Below, piece after piece: positions 19,627-28,053 of a stretch of 62,840 nucleotides of DNA. The translations under genes were made by a program, and so were the position numbers. This DNA is from an uncultured Pseudomonadota bacterium (GTDB lineage: Bacteria; Pseudomonadota; Gammaproteobacteria; Burkholderiales; Eutrophovitaceae), in the NCBI GenBank assembly GCA_937983055.1, contig CALJLA010000023.1:1-62840 (forward strand). Reading direction: 5' to 3'. Position 1 is the first letter of the stretch. Each line of letters begins with the position of its first letter. Below the pieces are notes generated by a model, which saw nothing but the letters and a program-made list of their open reading frames with translations, searched no databases and was not told the DNA's origin.

Positions 19627-19848
19627 ATGTCGAAGAAAGCGAACGATGAGAGCAAGGGAAACCGCTCCTCGTTGTCGGTCGACGCAGATTTCTCGGCCCT
19701 CGTGACCGAGTTCTGCCAGGATACCGGGCGCGTGAAAAAGTCCCTGGTCCGACTCGCTATTGAGAGATACCGCCCATTTGCTGAGTGGCTGGCAAAGAGG
19801 GGCGTATCGCGTAAGAAGAGCCAAAAAAGAAAGAGGTCCAAGCCATGA
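19627..19848 (+). CDS. Ribbon-helix-helix-like transcriptional regulator
   Basis: SSLSVDADFSALVTEFCQDTGRVKKSLVRLAIERY fits a strand-helix-helix pattern; first gene of the divergent operon. Confidence 0.55.
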   Translation: MSKKANDESKGNRSSLSVDADFSALVTEFCQDTGRVKKSLVRLAIERYRPFAEWLAKRGVSRKKSQKRKRSKP

Positions 19849-22679
19849 GAGCGATTCCCCTCGACACCTTGTTGGCCATGATCGCCTTTGATCCGCGGCT
19901 ATCCGACGCTGAAGTGGAGAAGCTGCTTCAGGAGGGCTGCCGGCGAATCAGCAAGGACAACGTTATCTGTGACTCGGATGCAAAGAGGTCGGTTCAATGC
20001 AACAGGAGTTCTTCATGTCGAGAGGCGTCGGGGGAAAATTCCACGCCTGCTATGAGAGCGGAAAGGGGTCCGACGTGCGACTCGTCACCTTCTGCGGAGT
20101 AAAGGTCAAGAACCCGACCTTTCGTCGCCAGCCCTTTGATTACTGCACATGCAATGAGTGCCGAGCCAAGATCGCGCGACATGTGGAGGCGGGAGACAAT
20201 GACAGCTGAATTCACACCGGCCTGGTTGTCCGCGCTGGAGGGCTTCGTTGAAAGTGGCAGGCCGCACAAGCATTTGCAGGGGCACGTCAAGTCGGCGATC
20301 GGCTTCATTCGATCGCTCCAGCGGAAGGTGAGTGAGCTGGAAGAAGTTGGCGCTGGAGTAATTCACAAAGAGTTGAGGATTGGGTTGATTCGCCAGGTTC
20401 TTCACTTGGCTTTTTTATGGGTCGGTGGCTGGCGGGAGATGGTGGCAGAGCTTGAGAACTACTGCAGCGAGCCCGTGCGCTTGAAAGCAATGACCGCGGT
20501 GCTCGACCAGATGGACGAGTGGAAAAAAACGGCGCAGGCGGCTCTTGAGAGGGAGGCGCCATGACCAAGAAAGACCCGGCTGACACCACCAAGGCCCTGG
20601 AGTCCTTGCGCCTTATTCTCAATGAGGCCGAATTCATTGAAGGCGAGGTGCTCCTTTCTTCAGACAGGTGGATCGAGATGAGCAAGATCATTCACATCAT
20701 AGAAGACGACGTGCATGGATGCCGCCGCTTCTGGGAGTCAAGAGGGGCTACAGATGGACTCAAAAACTGAAGCGGAGTTCCACGTCTGTCGTGCGCTTGC
20801 AGAGAAGCTGGAGCGGAAACCGGTGTGGGAGATGGGCCATCCAGTTGAATGGGATTATTCCGGGAAGTGGCACATTTCCATGGGAGGGCTTTATCGCTGC
20901 CGCACGTTTTCATTCGAAAATATCAGCGGCACGACAATAGTCCACCCGATCGGCGGGAAGCGCCGCGACTTCTTCCACGACCCGGCAGCCGCGACGGCTC
21001 TCATGCAAGCTGTAACTCGCCGACCTGAAGTCTGGTCGATCACGCTCGACATCGGAGAGTACGGCGCAGAGGCCGGAGTGCAGGTTGAGGCAGACGGCAT
21101 GCCAGATACCTGCGAAGGTATCGGCGAGGGGTCTGAGTGGATGGTCGCCGTCACCCTTGCCATCGCGAAGTTTCTTGAAATCGACACGAGCGGCTGTGAG
21201 GAGGCAAGCTAATGGGATGGGCCCGTGGCGAAGAGATATTCCATGAGGTCTTAGACCTGTTTCGCCCGTTCTTCGACGACCTCCTCGAAGAGGAGGAGGA
21301 CGAGCTCGTAGCGAAACTCGTCGAGATTTTCGAGCGGCGAGATGCGGACACGATCTTTGACTCCGTGCAGCCGGATCAGAGCGATCCTCTGTGGCGAGTC
21401 TTTCAGGGCCTGTATCCGGAAGAGGCGAGGGAGCTGCTCAAGAGATGAGTGGCCTCGTTTTATTCGGCCTGATCGTGGGCCTTGCGGCTTTTCTTCACTT
21501 GTCGTTGTCAAGCACTATCGGTAGACCGTGCGAGAGGTGTGGGGCGACAACGGATCAAACCCCGATCGGGGATGCTTGCCCTTTCTGCGACAAGGAGTTT
21601 CATCGCTCATGGTTTCGATAGAGTGGATGCTCATCCCAATGGGAGTCTGGGCCTCTGTCGCCTTATGGTTCCCCTTGCTTGAATCAATACGATGGGGAGG
21701 CGGCGAGTACTATCTCGAAGAGGAGGGGCGCTGGGAGTACGAGTTTTTCTTCGGACCTTACGACAAAGGAGGGATTCCGGATCATGGGCGCAGAGAGCTT
21801 GGTTCCGAGAATTCGCGCGACGGCCGGCAGTCTTCGCACGCTCCAGATGACGGGTTACGCCGATGCTTTGGACGGCATAGCCGATGAAATAGCAGACCTT
21901 GAAATCTTCGTGTCTCCAGAGCGAATGCATGCCGCAACCGAGCTGGAGAAGATCCAGGTGATTTGTGACGACGCCGGCATTCCTGACGGTGGCGCGGCGG
22001 AGTCTACGCGAGTTAAAGCGCTTTGCGCTCGTGCTCAGGGCTTGGAGGGTTGGGCTGAGGGGGCCAAAAAGTTTCTTGGGGAGATTGCTACGAGCGATTG
22101 GGGGTGTCTCGATGAGAGAGAGCCTCCGGTATACACGCCCTGTCATTGCGATACGTGTGCAGCAAGGAGGCTAATCGAAGATCTTGCCGAGATAGAGTTG
22201 TCGAAAGAAGAAGATGCTTCCTGAGTACGAAGAGTCCCCGCGCATAGTGTACGGCGGCGCTGTCTTCGTGCGCGTTTGTCCTAAGTGCGGGCGTTTCGTC
22301 TCAGCAGACGAGACCGTGCGCATCTACGAGGAGAGTCCGGCTGTGCGTGAGGAGCCGAATGCGACATGTGGAAAGCACGGAAGAGTGCAGATGCCCTTTG
22401 AGGGCTTTCTTGAATAGGAGGTGAGGGATGATCGGGAAGCGCTGTTCACACTGCAAAGAAGTGATGCCTCGGGTCTCGGTCGAGAAGCTTCGCAAGCTGT
22501 CGGCGATGACACTGGGCACTCGCTACGCGCATCTCCCCTTTTGCTCGCGCAAGTGCCTGTCCGATTTCGTGGCCGATAACCTGTACGACGAGGAGGTGGA
22601 TGACTGTATGCAGAGGGCCGCGGGTCTTTGGGCGAATTCTTCTGATCGGATAGGCGAGGTTCCGAGGCGGGGGCGATAG
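19845..22679 (+). other. Cluster of small hypothetical genes, several with Zn-finger-like Cys pairs
   Basis: Coupled ORFs, e.g. 20561-20770, ~20754-21212, 21212-21448, ~21784-22224, 22214-22417, 22428-22679. Confidence 0.6.
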
Positions 22680-22691
22680 ATCTCCTTAGAG

Positions 22692-23085
22692 CCATGCGAT
22701 CCGACCTGAAAGGATGCGAGCCGAAACCAAGCGAAACCAGTCGAAACGACACGATTGGAAGCGAGACGAGACGATACGATCCGCTCAATTGGAGATGAAA
22801 CGATACGAGAGGAGACGAGAGGATCCGAATCGACACGATATCGATGCGACCCGAAGCCATCCGATGCGAGCCGAATTGAGTCGAAACGACGCGATACGAG
22901 AGGATTCGCTCAAGCCGAAACGACTTGACACGAAGCGATAGGACATGAGACGAGACGATTCGCTCAAGACGAAAATGACGCGATGCGACACGATGCGACA
23001 CGAAGCGACTCGAGGCGAAACGAAGCGACACGAAGCGAAACGATAGGAGGCGACACGACACGATTGGAAGCTAGACGAGACGAAG
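22692..23085 (+). repeat. CGA-NN pentamer array 1 (candidate guide-like ncRNA)
   Basis: About 73 units of (C/T/G)GA-NN with an invariant A, in segments of 18/23/9/23 units separated by CGCTCAA at 22782, 22907 and 22961. Intergenic. Confidence 0.9.
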
Positions 23086-23123
23086 CGCCTTGATTAACTA
23101 AACACGCTCTAAGGAGAACGAGC

Positions 23124-23729
23124 ATGTACCAGCCCCTTTACGTTCATATTCGAGGAATTGCCCCGCAGCTGCAGAACAATGGCCAGCGCAAGGATCCGCT
23201 CAATCGCTGGGCCAAGGCGATAGCGAGGATATCGAAGAAGAGGACGAAGACCGATGACGATCACATGGCGATGAGGGAGGCCGAATTCAAGGGTTCCCTC
23301 TACTGTCGTGACGATAGGGAGGGGAGAGTCGTCTACTGGCCAGCGGACAACATCCACGCCTGCATCAAGACTGCGGCGAAGATGAAAAAGCAGGGGAAGG
23401 TTGTCGATACGGCGGTGGTCGTCGGCCCTAACGGTGGCCAGCTGATTTACGACGGACCCAGGACTCGTGACGAGCTTTGGGAGGCCGGTGACTCTTTCCG
23501 TCTGCTCAAGCCGACAAAGCGCGGCGTTATGAGCTGCCGTCCCTGTTTCCATGAGTGGGAGGTAAAATTCAGCCTGCACTACCTCGAAACGCTTCTGGGT
23601 AAAGAAGACATCGTGCAGCTGATCAAGGACGCGGGGGCCTTTATCGGCCTGAGCGACTGGCCGCGAAGGTACGGCCTTTTCAAGATCGAAGATATTCAGC
23701 ACAAGGAGGTAGAGATCGATGTCGAGTGA
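23124..23729 (+). CDS. Stand-alone Cas7/RAMP-superfamily-like RNA-binding protein
   Basis: N-terminal strand VHIRGIAPQL, YWPADNIHACIKTAAK (like the RAMP iPgssiKGa motif), RPCFHEWEVKF, and C-terminal Gly-rich loop GAFIGLSDWPRRYGLFKI. AAGGAG SD. Confidence 0.75.
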   Translation: MYQPLYVHIRGIAPQLQNNGQRKDPLNRWAKAIARISKKRTKTDDDHMAMREAEFKGSLYCRDDREGRVVYWPADNIHACIKTAAKMKKQGKVVDTAVVVGPNGGQLIYDGPRTRDELWEAGDSFRLLKPTKRGVMSCRPCFHEWEVKFSLHYLETLLGKEDIVQLIKDAGAFIGLSDWPRRYGLFKIEDIQHKEVEIDVE

Positions 23730-24153
23730 GACGAGGGAACTGGCAACGACGATCGCGGGCGGCTGTGGGCCAGGGGACATGATCTCGGCTGAGAAGATCG
23801 AGAAGGCCACGGGCGTCAAGCGCGAGGAGGCGAGGTACGCCTTGGAGGTTCTCAAGCTTCAGAGCGCGATCGAAGCCATCGTCTCCGAGTCGGTCGGCCG
23901 AGAGGTGTTGACGCGCCAGGTCAAGGGGGCGATCCAGATTCTCACCCCGATACAGGCAGCGGACTACACGCTTGATGGACAGAGGAGGGCGCTCGACCTG
24001 GCGCGTCGGCGCCATGTCCAGTTTACGGCCTGTGTGCGCCCTGACGATTTCGAGTCGTCGTCGGAGAGGGCCGAATACTACGATCGCCAGGCAAAGTTTG
24101 CCCGCATTCTTCTGCACGCGGAGAAGCGCAGTCTTGGCGTCGAGGACGATTGA
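23719..24153 (+). CDS. Accessory protein of the RAMP/pentamer-array locus, function unknown
   Basis: 144 aa, overlaps the RAMP gene stop and has an AAGGAGG SD. Its TGA stop is the first unit of array 2. Confidence 0.75.
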   Translation: MSSETRELATTIAGGCGPGDMISAEKIEKATGVKREEARYALEVLKLQSAIEAIVSESVGREVLTRQVKGAIQILTPIQAADYTLDGQRRALDLARRRHVQFTACVRPDDFESSSERAEYYDRQAKFARILLHAEKRSLGVEDD

Positions 24154-24555
24154 GTCGAGCCGATACGAGCCGAAACGAAATGAGCCGAGACGATACGAGA
24201 CGACGCTAGGCGAGGCGAAGCGAAACGAACCGCTCAAGACGATCTGACCCGAGCCGAAACGACGCGATGCGAAACGATGCGCTCAAAAAGATCCGAAACG
24301 AAACGAGTCGACACGAAGCGACACGACACGAAGCGACACGAAGCGACACGAATCGAGACGATTCGCTCAAGCTGATTCGAGACGATTCGCTCAAGCTGAT
24401 TCGAGACGATTCGAAACGACACGAGCCGAGCCGATTCGAGACGATGCGAGGCGAGTCGACACGATGCGAGACGAAGCGAGACGATGCGACACGATGCGCT
24501 CAAGACGATACGATCCGATACGAGCTGAGACGACGCGAGACGAAACGAGCCGATT
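24151..24555 (+). repeat. CGA-NN pentamer array 2 (candidate guide-like ncRNA)
   Basis: About 72 units in segments of 16/8/15/3/20/10 separated by CGCTCAA at 24231, 24280, 24364, 24388 and 24497. Includes an exact 24-bp tandem duplication at 24353-24413. Confidence 0.9.
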
Positions 24556-25061
24556 GTTTCCGGCGAAGAATTGCGACAAAGGGCTTGACGAGCACCGCGA
24601 TAGAGGGAATGCTGCTGAGGTCGCCCAGGGCCCCAAAACAGAGTCTGAACAGCCCGCGCAAGGTCTTGGGCGATTTCGTGCGGGCTGCTTCTATGCCTCG
24701 AGCTCGGTCGCAGCAATCGCCCGAGTCTCGTAGAATCGGTGGTTTCGGTGGTACCGGATTCCGCATAGCCATGACGTAAACCTTGGATAGGTCGCTGGTT
24801 CGGGGGAGTGCCCACTCTGGACCAGACAGCGGGGGGTCGGAACTCGCTGCGGCGCTGGAGACGGCGTCGGACCGAACGGAGCTCGCGTGCTCAACCCGCC
24901 CGAGCCTTCCGAGGCCAGTCGTACTCGAGGCATTTCGATCGCTGGGACCTGCGAGAGAACCCCAGCTGGAGCAACCGGACCGGAGGGGACGGAGGGCACC
25001 GGTTCTGCCTCAAGGAAAATCAGCGCGAGCGAAGCGAGCACCTTTTCAGGGAGTGAAGAGA

Positions 25062-25544
25062 ATGAGCTGGAAGCTGTGGCGAGAGACCTTGAATCCGCAG
25101 GCGACTCCGCCCAGACGGGTCACGAGCGAACATTTAGCTAGCGCGAGCACTGTCCTGGGCCTGTGGCGAGAGCTCGTCGAGATAGGGGAGGCCTGTCGAA
25201 GCGAGGCGGATTTCCACAGCTTTCTCGCCCTGTGCGAGACGGCACGGCGTAAGAGAGACCCGGCGTCGTATCTCTGGGAGTGCTGGCGCCGGCGTGAGTT
25301 CGGTGGGATTACACAGGCCGATGAGGATCAGTCGGTGTCGGACTACAAGCGAGAGATGGGCTGGCTCTCGGACGAGGGCGAGCTCGAGAGCATTGGGAGC
25401 ATCGTTTTTCGGGTCCTGCGCTGGCTCCACGGCGAACTGCCCCTCGAGCAGCGGGGGCCGATGACGGCTGCTGAGCAGCTTCAGAGGCGCCGTGTCGCGG
25501 CTTGGGGCCGCGTGAGGGCTAGGCGACAAAGGAGGACGGCATGA
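25062..25544 (+). CDS. Hypothetical protein resembling the C-terminal domain of planctomycete replication/HTH proteins
   Basis: SEADFHSFLALCETARRKRDPASYL...ITQADEDQS pattern, recognised from memory. ATG 25062 follows AGGGAG. Confidence 0.4.
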   Translation: MSWKLWRETLNPQATPPRRVTSEHLASASTVLGLWRELVEIGEACRSEADFHSFLALCETARRKRDPASYLWECWRRREFGGITQADEDQSVSDYKREMGWLSDEGELESIGSIVFRVLRWLHGELPLEQRGPMTAAEQLQRRRVAAWGRVRARRQRRTA

Positions 25545-25867
25545 ATCCCGTGAGCAAGTACACGCCGGGGCTGTGGGTGGCCCAGAAGTCGGACTGGAAG
25601 CTCTACAATGAAAGGCCGTGGTTCGTTTACTCTTCGATGCGCTCGACCTGGGACGGCTATAAGTACACCGATGACCCCGTGGCATCGATGGTACGCACCG
25701 AGGCCGATGCCCGCCTTATCGCTGCGGCTCCGCTTCTTCTCAGCGTTCTCGCAGCTCTGGAGGGCGCGTGCGACTCAATTGAGCTCGAGTGGGGTGAGGA
25801 GGACGTAGCGGCTGAAAGAGACCTTATCAAGCGAGTAAAGGTGGTGCTGGGCGATGCATTTGAATGA
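25541..25867 (+). CDS. Phage hypothetical protein (TPGxW...ADARLIAAAP family)
   Basis: YTPGLW and EADARLIAAAPLL motifs common in phage early genes. Confidence 0.7.
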   Translation: MNPVSKYTPGLWVAQKSDWKLYNERPWFVYSSMRSTWDGYKYTDDPVASMVRTEADARLIAAAPLLLSVLAALEGACDSIELEWGEEDVAAERDLIKRVKVVLGDAFE

Positions 25868-26183
25868 ATACCAGCAACGTGCGCACAAGACCGCGTTCTA
25901 CGGCAAGTCGATCGACCCGCTGGCCTACTGCGCGCTGAAGCTCAACGGCGAGGCGGGCGAGGTAGCGGAAAAGGTGGGCAAGCTCTACCGCGATGAGAAG
26001 GGGCGGATGTCAGTCGATCGAGCGATGGCTATTGCGGCCGAGCTCGGCGACGTCTTGTGGTATCTGCAAGAGCTCGCAGGCCTTCTCGACATCGATCTCG
26101 AAGAGGTTGCGATGGCGAATCTCGAGAAGCTTGAGGACAGGGCGACGCGCGGTGTCATCTGCGGTGACGGAGACAATCGATGA
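25854..26183 (+). CDS. MazG-like nucleoside triphosphate pyrophosphohydrolase
   Basis: LNEYQ, GEAGEVAEK, ELGDVLWY, NLEKL..R..RG...GDGDNR. Confidence 0.9.
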   Translation: MHLNEYQQRAHKTAFYGKSIDPLAYCALKLNGEAGEVAEKVGKLYRDEKGRMSVDRAMAIAAELGDVLWYLQELAGLLDIDLEEVAMANLEKLEDRATRGVICGDGDNR

Positions 26184-26410
26184 GGCTGAGGAGGCGGGAA
26201 TTCCTGCGCGCTGTTGCTGGCGCTGCAGCTGCCCTGGCTGTACCCGTTGACCTTCCGAAAGCAGCGCCGAGCTGGTCAGAGATGCGCTGTGTGATTCACG
26301 TTCGTCGACGTGATATCGAGAGGGCTGGCGCGAATTCGCTTGCTCGAGCGCTTGATGCCGCCTTCAAAAAGATGGTGAAGGATGCTAGAGGAGGGCTGTG
26401 GGTTGAGTAG
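26180..26410 (+). CDS. Small protein with twin-arginine-like N-terminus
   Basis: MRLRRREFLRAVAGAAAALAV. Confidence 0.55.
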   Translation: MRLRRREFLRAVAGAAAALAVPVDLPKAAPSWSEMRCVIHVRRRDIERAGANSLARALDAAFKKMVKDARGGLWVE

Positions 26411-26673
26411 AGAGGAGCGATCGATGAGCGGCGAAAAGCTTACGCGAATAGAGGAGGGGTTCATTCTTCTCTCGTTGATCTTTTTGATCACCGACCTGGC
26501 TAAGGGCGAGGCTGAGGATAGCGAGTTCGCCCAGAGCTTAATGACCTGTGAAGATATCTGCCGGAAGCTTGGGATCTTCGAAGATTTTAGCCGTTTGAGG
26601 AAAGCGATAATGAAGAGCGGCCCCAGGGGCGTAGTCGAGATACTGGCAACGATTCGAATGGAGTGCGAGCAGA

Positions 26674-26814
26674 ATGGCTAAGAAGTATCCGAGCAAAGCG
26701 AAGGCAAAGAAGATGCTTCGCCATGGCAAGGTCCGAGGTAAGAAGCTCACGAGGAAGCAGGTGGGCATGCTGAGCATGTTGGCGGCGGGGAAGTTTCCGC
26801 AGGAGGCGAAGTAG
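26674..26814 (+). CDS. 46-aa basic protein (not in the ORF track)
   Basis: MAKKYPSKAKAKKMLRHGKVRGKKLTRKQVGMLSMLAAGKFPQEAK*, overlapping the upstream stop. Confidence 0.55.
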   Translation: MAKKYPSKAKAKKMLRHGKVRGKKLTRKQVGMLSMLAAGKFPQEAK

Positions 26815-26818
26815 CGAT

Positions 26819-26893
26819 GTCGCGGCGACTGGTGTTCTTTGGAGTGACCAGGGCGCTCCCGAAGTCGAGGTTCGATTCCTTGAGCTGCGGCCA
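26819..26893 (+). ncRNA. tRNA-like element with a T-arm and acceptor-like stem (degenerate tRNA or att-related)
   Basis: CGAGG-TTCGATT-CCTTG T-arm; GTCGCGGC/GCTGCGGC closing stem; CTGGT/ACCAG inner stem; ends in GGCCA. No canonical D or anticodon arm. Confidence 0.4.
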
Positions 26894-26991
26894 TTACAAT
26901 GACGTCAATGCCTCACAGCAAAGGAGGCAGAGCGCTGTTTCATCGATCCGGCTTACCAGTCGGTCGTGTGCGAATGACGGGAGAGGCGGTT

Positions 26992-28053
26992 TTACGCGGA
27001 TCCCGACTGCACAGGCGATGCCCCACTCGCTCTGCGAGGCCTGGGGCTTTTTTCGTTGCTGACCATGAGGCGTTCAAGCGTCTCCATTTGAAGGGCCTGG
27101 CGCACGTGTGCGTAGCGTAGCGCGACCTGGCGATCGGTGTGGCCGGTCACCAGCATCGCCTCCTCCAGACTGGCCCCACGCTCGATGAAGTTGGTCATGG
27201 CGCTGTGGCGCAGATCGTGGAAGCGGAGCCCGGGGAGGCCGGCTGCCGCACAAGCCTTTCTCCAGGCAGTGCGCCCGCTCCAGCGGTCGAGGGGGCGCCC
27301 TTCCCGATGCCAGACAGCCGGAACCAGCCGCGCCTCGTAGAGAGCCTTTTCGCGCCTCTCAGAGAGGATCTCTCTCATGCGGGGTGTGATCGGCAGGATG
27401 ATTCCGCGCCGATTCTTGGTCTTTCGCCAAGTGATTCGATCCCTGGCGATATCGGCCCATTGGAGGGCTTCGAGCTCGCCCCTGCGGCGTCCCGTGAGGT
27501 AGGCGAACTCGGCGAAGGTGCGGAAATATTCGGGTAGAGCGGCGAGGATGGTGGAGAAATCTTCAGGTGGGCAGAAGATTCCGGTCTCTTCATTGCGCTC
27601 GTCCAAGCGTGGGAAGTGGGGGAGGATTCCACGGGGGATTTTTCCGCGCTTGGCCGCATCGTTGAGGGCTCCGCGGACATCGGCCATGTAGAGGTTGACG
27701 GTTCCCGGGGCGAGGCCGAGCTCGAGGAGTTCGCCCTGCCAGCTCTCGAGCTCGGTCGCAGTGATTTCGTCGACTTTGCAGGGGCCGAGGGCTTTGCGCG
27801 TGCGCTTGAGTCGGCTCTCGACGGTCGAGGTATCCTGGCCATCGCGCTGCTTGCGCTCGAGCCAGGCATTTAGGAGGGCATTAAGGGTGGGCGTTCGGCC
27901 GATGACGTGACGTCCCTCAGCGATGTCGGCTGCTCGGGCTCCCAGGAGACGCTGGGCCTCGGCTTCGTCGCGTGTGCCCAGGCTCTCGCGTACGCGGCGT
28001 CCACGATGCTTGTACTCGGCGTAGTAGATGCCGTTACGGGTGGTGAGTCTCAT
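26992..28053 (-). CDS. int: Tyrosine integrase/recombinase
   Basis: N-terminal arm-binding-like domain (RVRESLGTRD), TGRRRGEL, KTKN, FHDLRHS, TGH...RY catalytic residues. Confidence 0.95.
   Translation of the reverse strand: MRLTTRNGIYYAEYKHRGRRVRESLGTRDEAEAQRLLGARAADIAEGRHVIGRTPTLNALLNAWLERKQRDGQDTSTVESRLKRTRKALGPCKVDEITATELESWQGELLELGLAPGTVNLYMADVRGALNDAAKRGKIPRGILPHFPRLDERNEETGIFCPPEDFSTILAALPEYFRTFAEFAYLTGRRRGELEALQWADIARDRITWRKTKNRRGIILPITPRMREILSERREKALYEARLVPAVWHREGRPLDRWSGRTAWRKACAAAGLPGLRFHDLRHSAMTNFIERGASLEEAMLVTGHTDRQVALRYAHVRQALQMETLERLMVSNEKSPRPRRASGASPVQSGSA
27020..27053 (+). terminator. Intrinsic terminator of the rightward operon, overlapping the integrase 3' end
   Basis: GCCCCA-CTCGC-TCT-GCGAG-GCC-TGGGGC followed by T6. 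Confidence 0.7.

Noticed and set aside
22692-24555. Canonical CRISPR array or simple microsatellite
   Set aside because: No 23-47-bp repeats with unique spacers and no other cas genes; variation concentrated in two of five positions is unlike microsatellite decay.
22692-24555. Self-targets of decoded NN strings within this genome
   Set aside because: I tried a few segments by eye as codon-position-1/2 strings and found no match. The search was not exhaustive, so I make no claim.
22324-24815. ORFs running through the pentamer arrays (22324-23061 -, 22714-22941 +, 24234-24815 -, 24267-24779 + and others)
   Set aside because: Low-complexity R/S/D/E/T translations expected from a 5-nt repeat, with no convincing SD; several are antisense to the operon.
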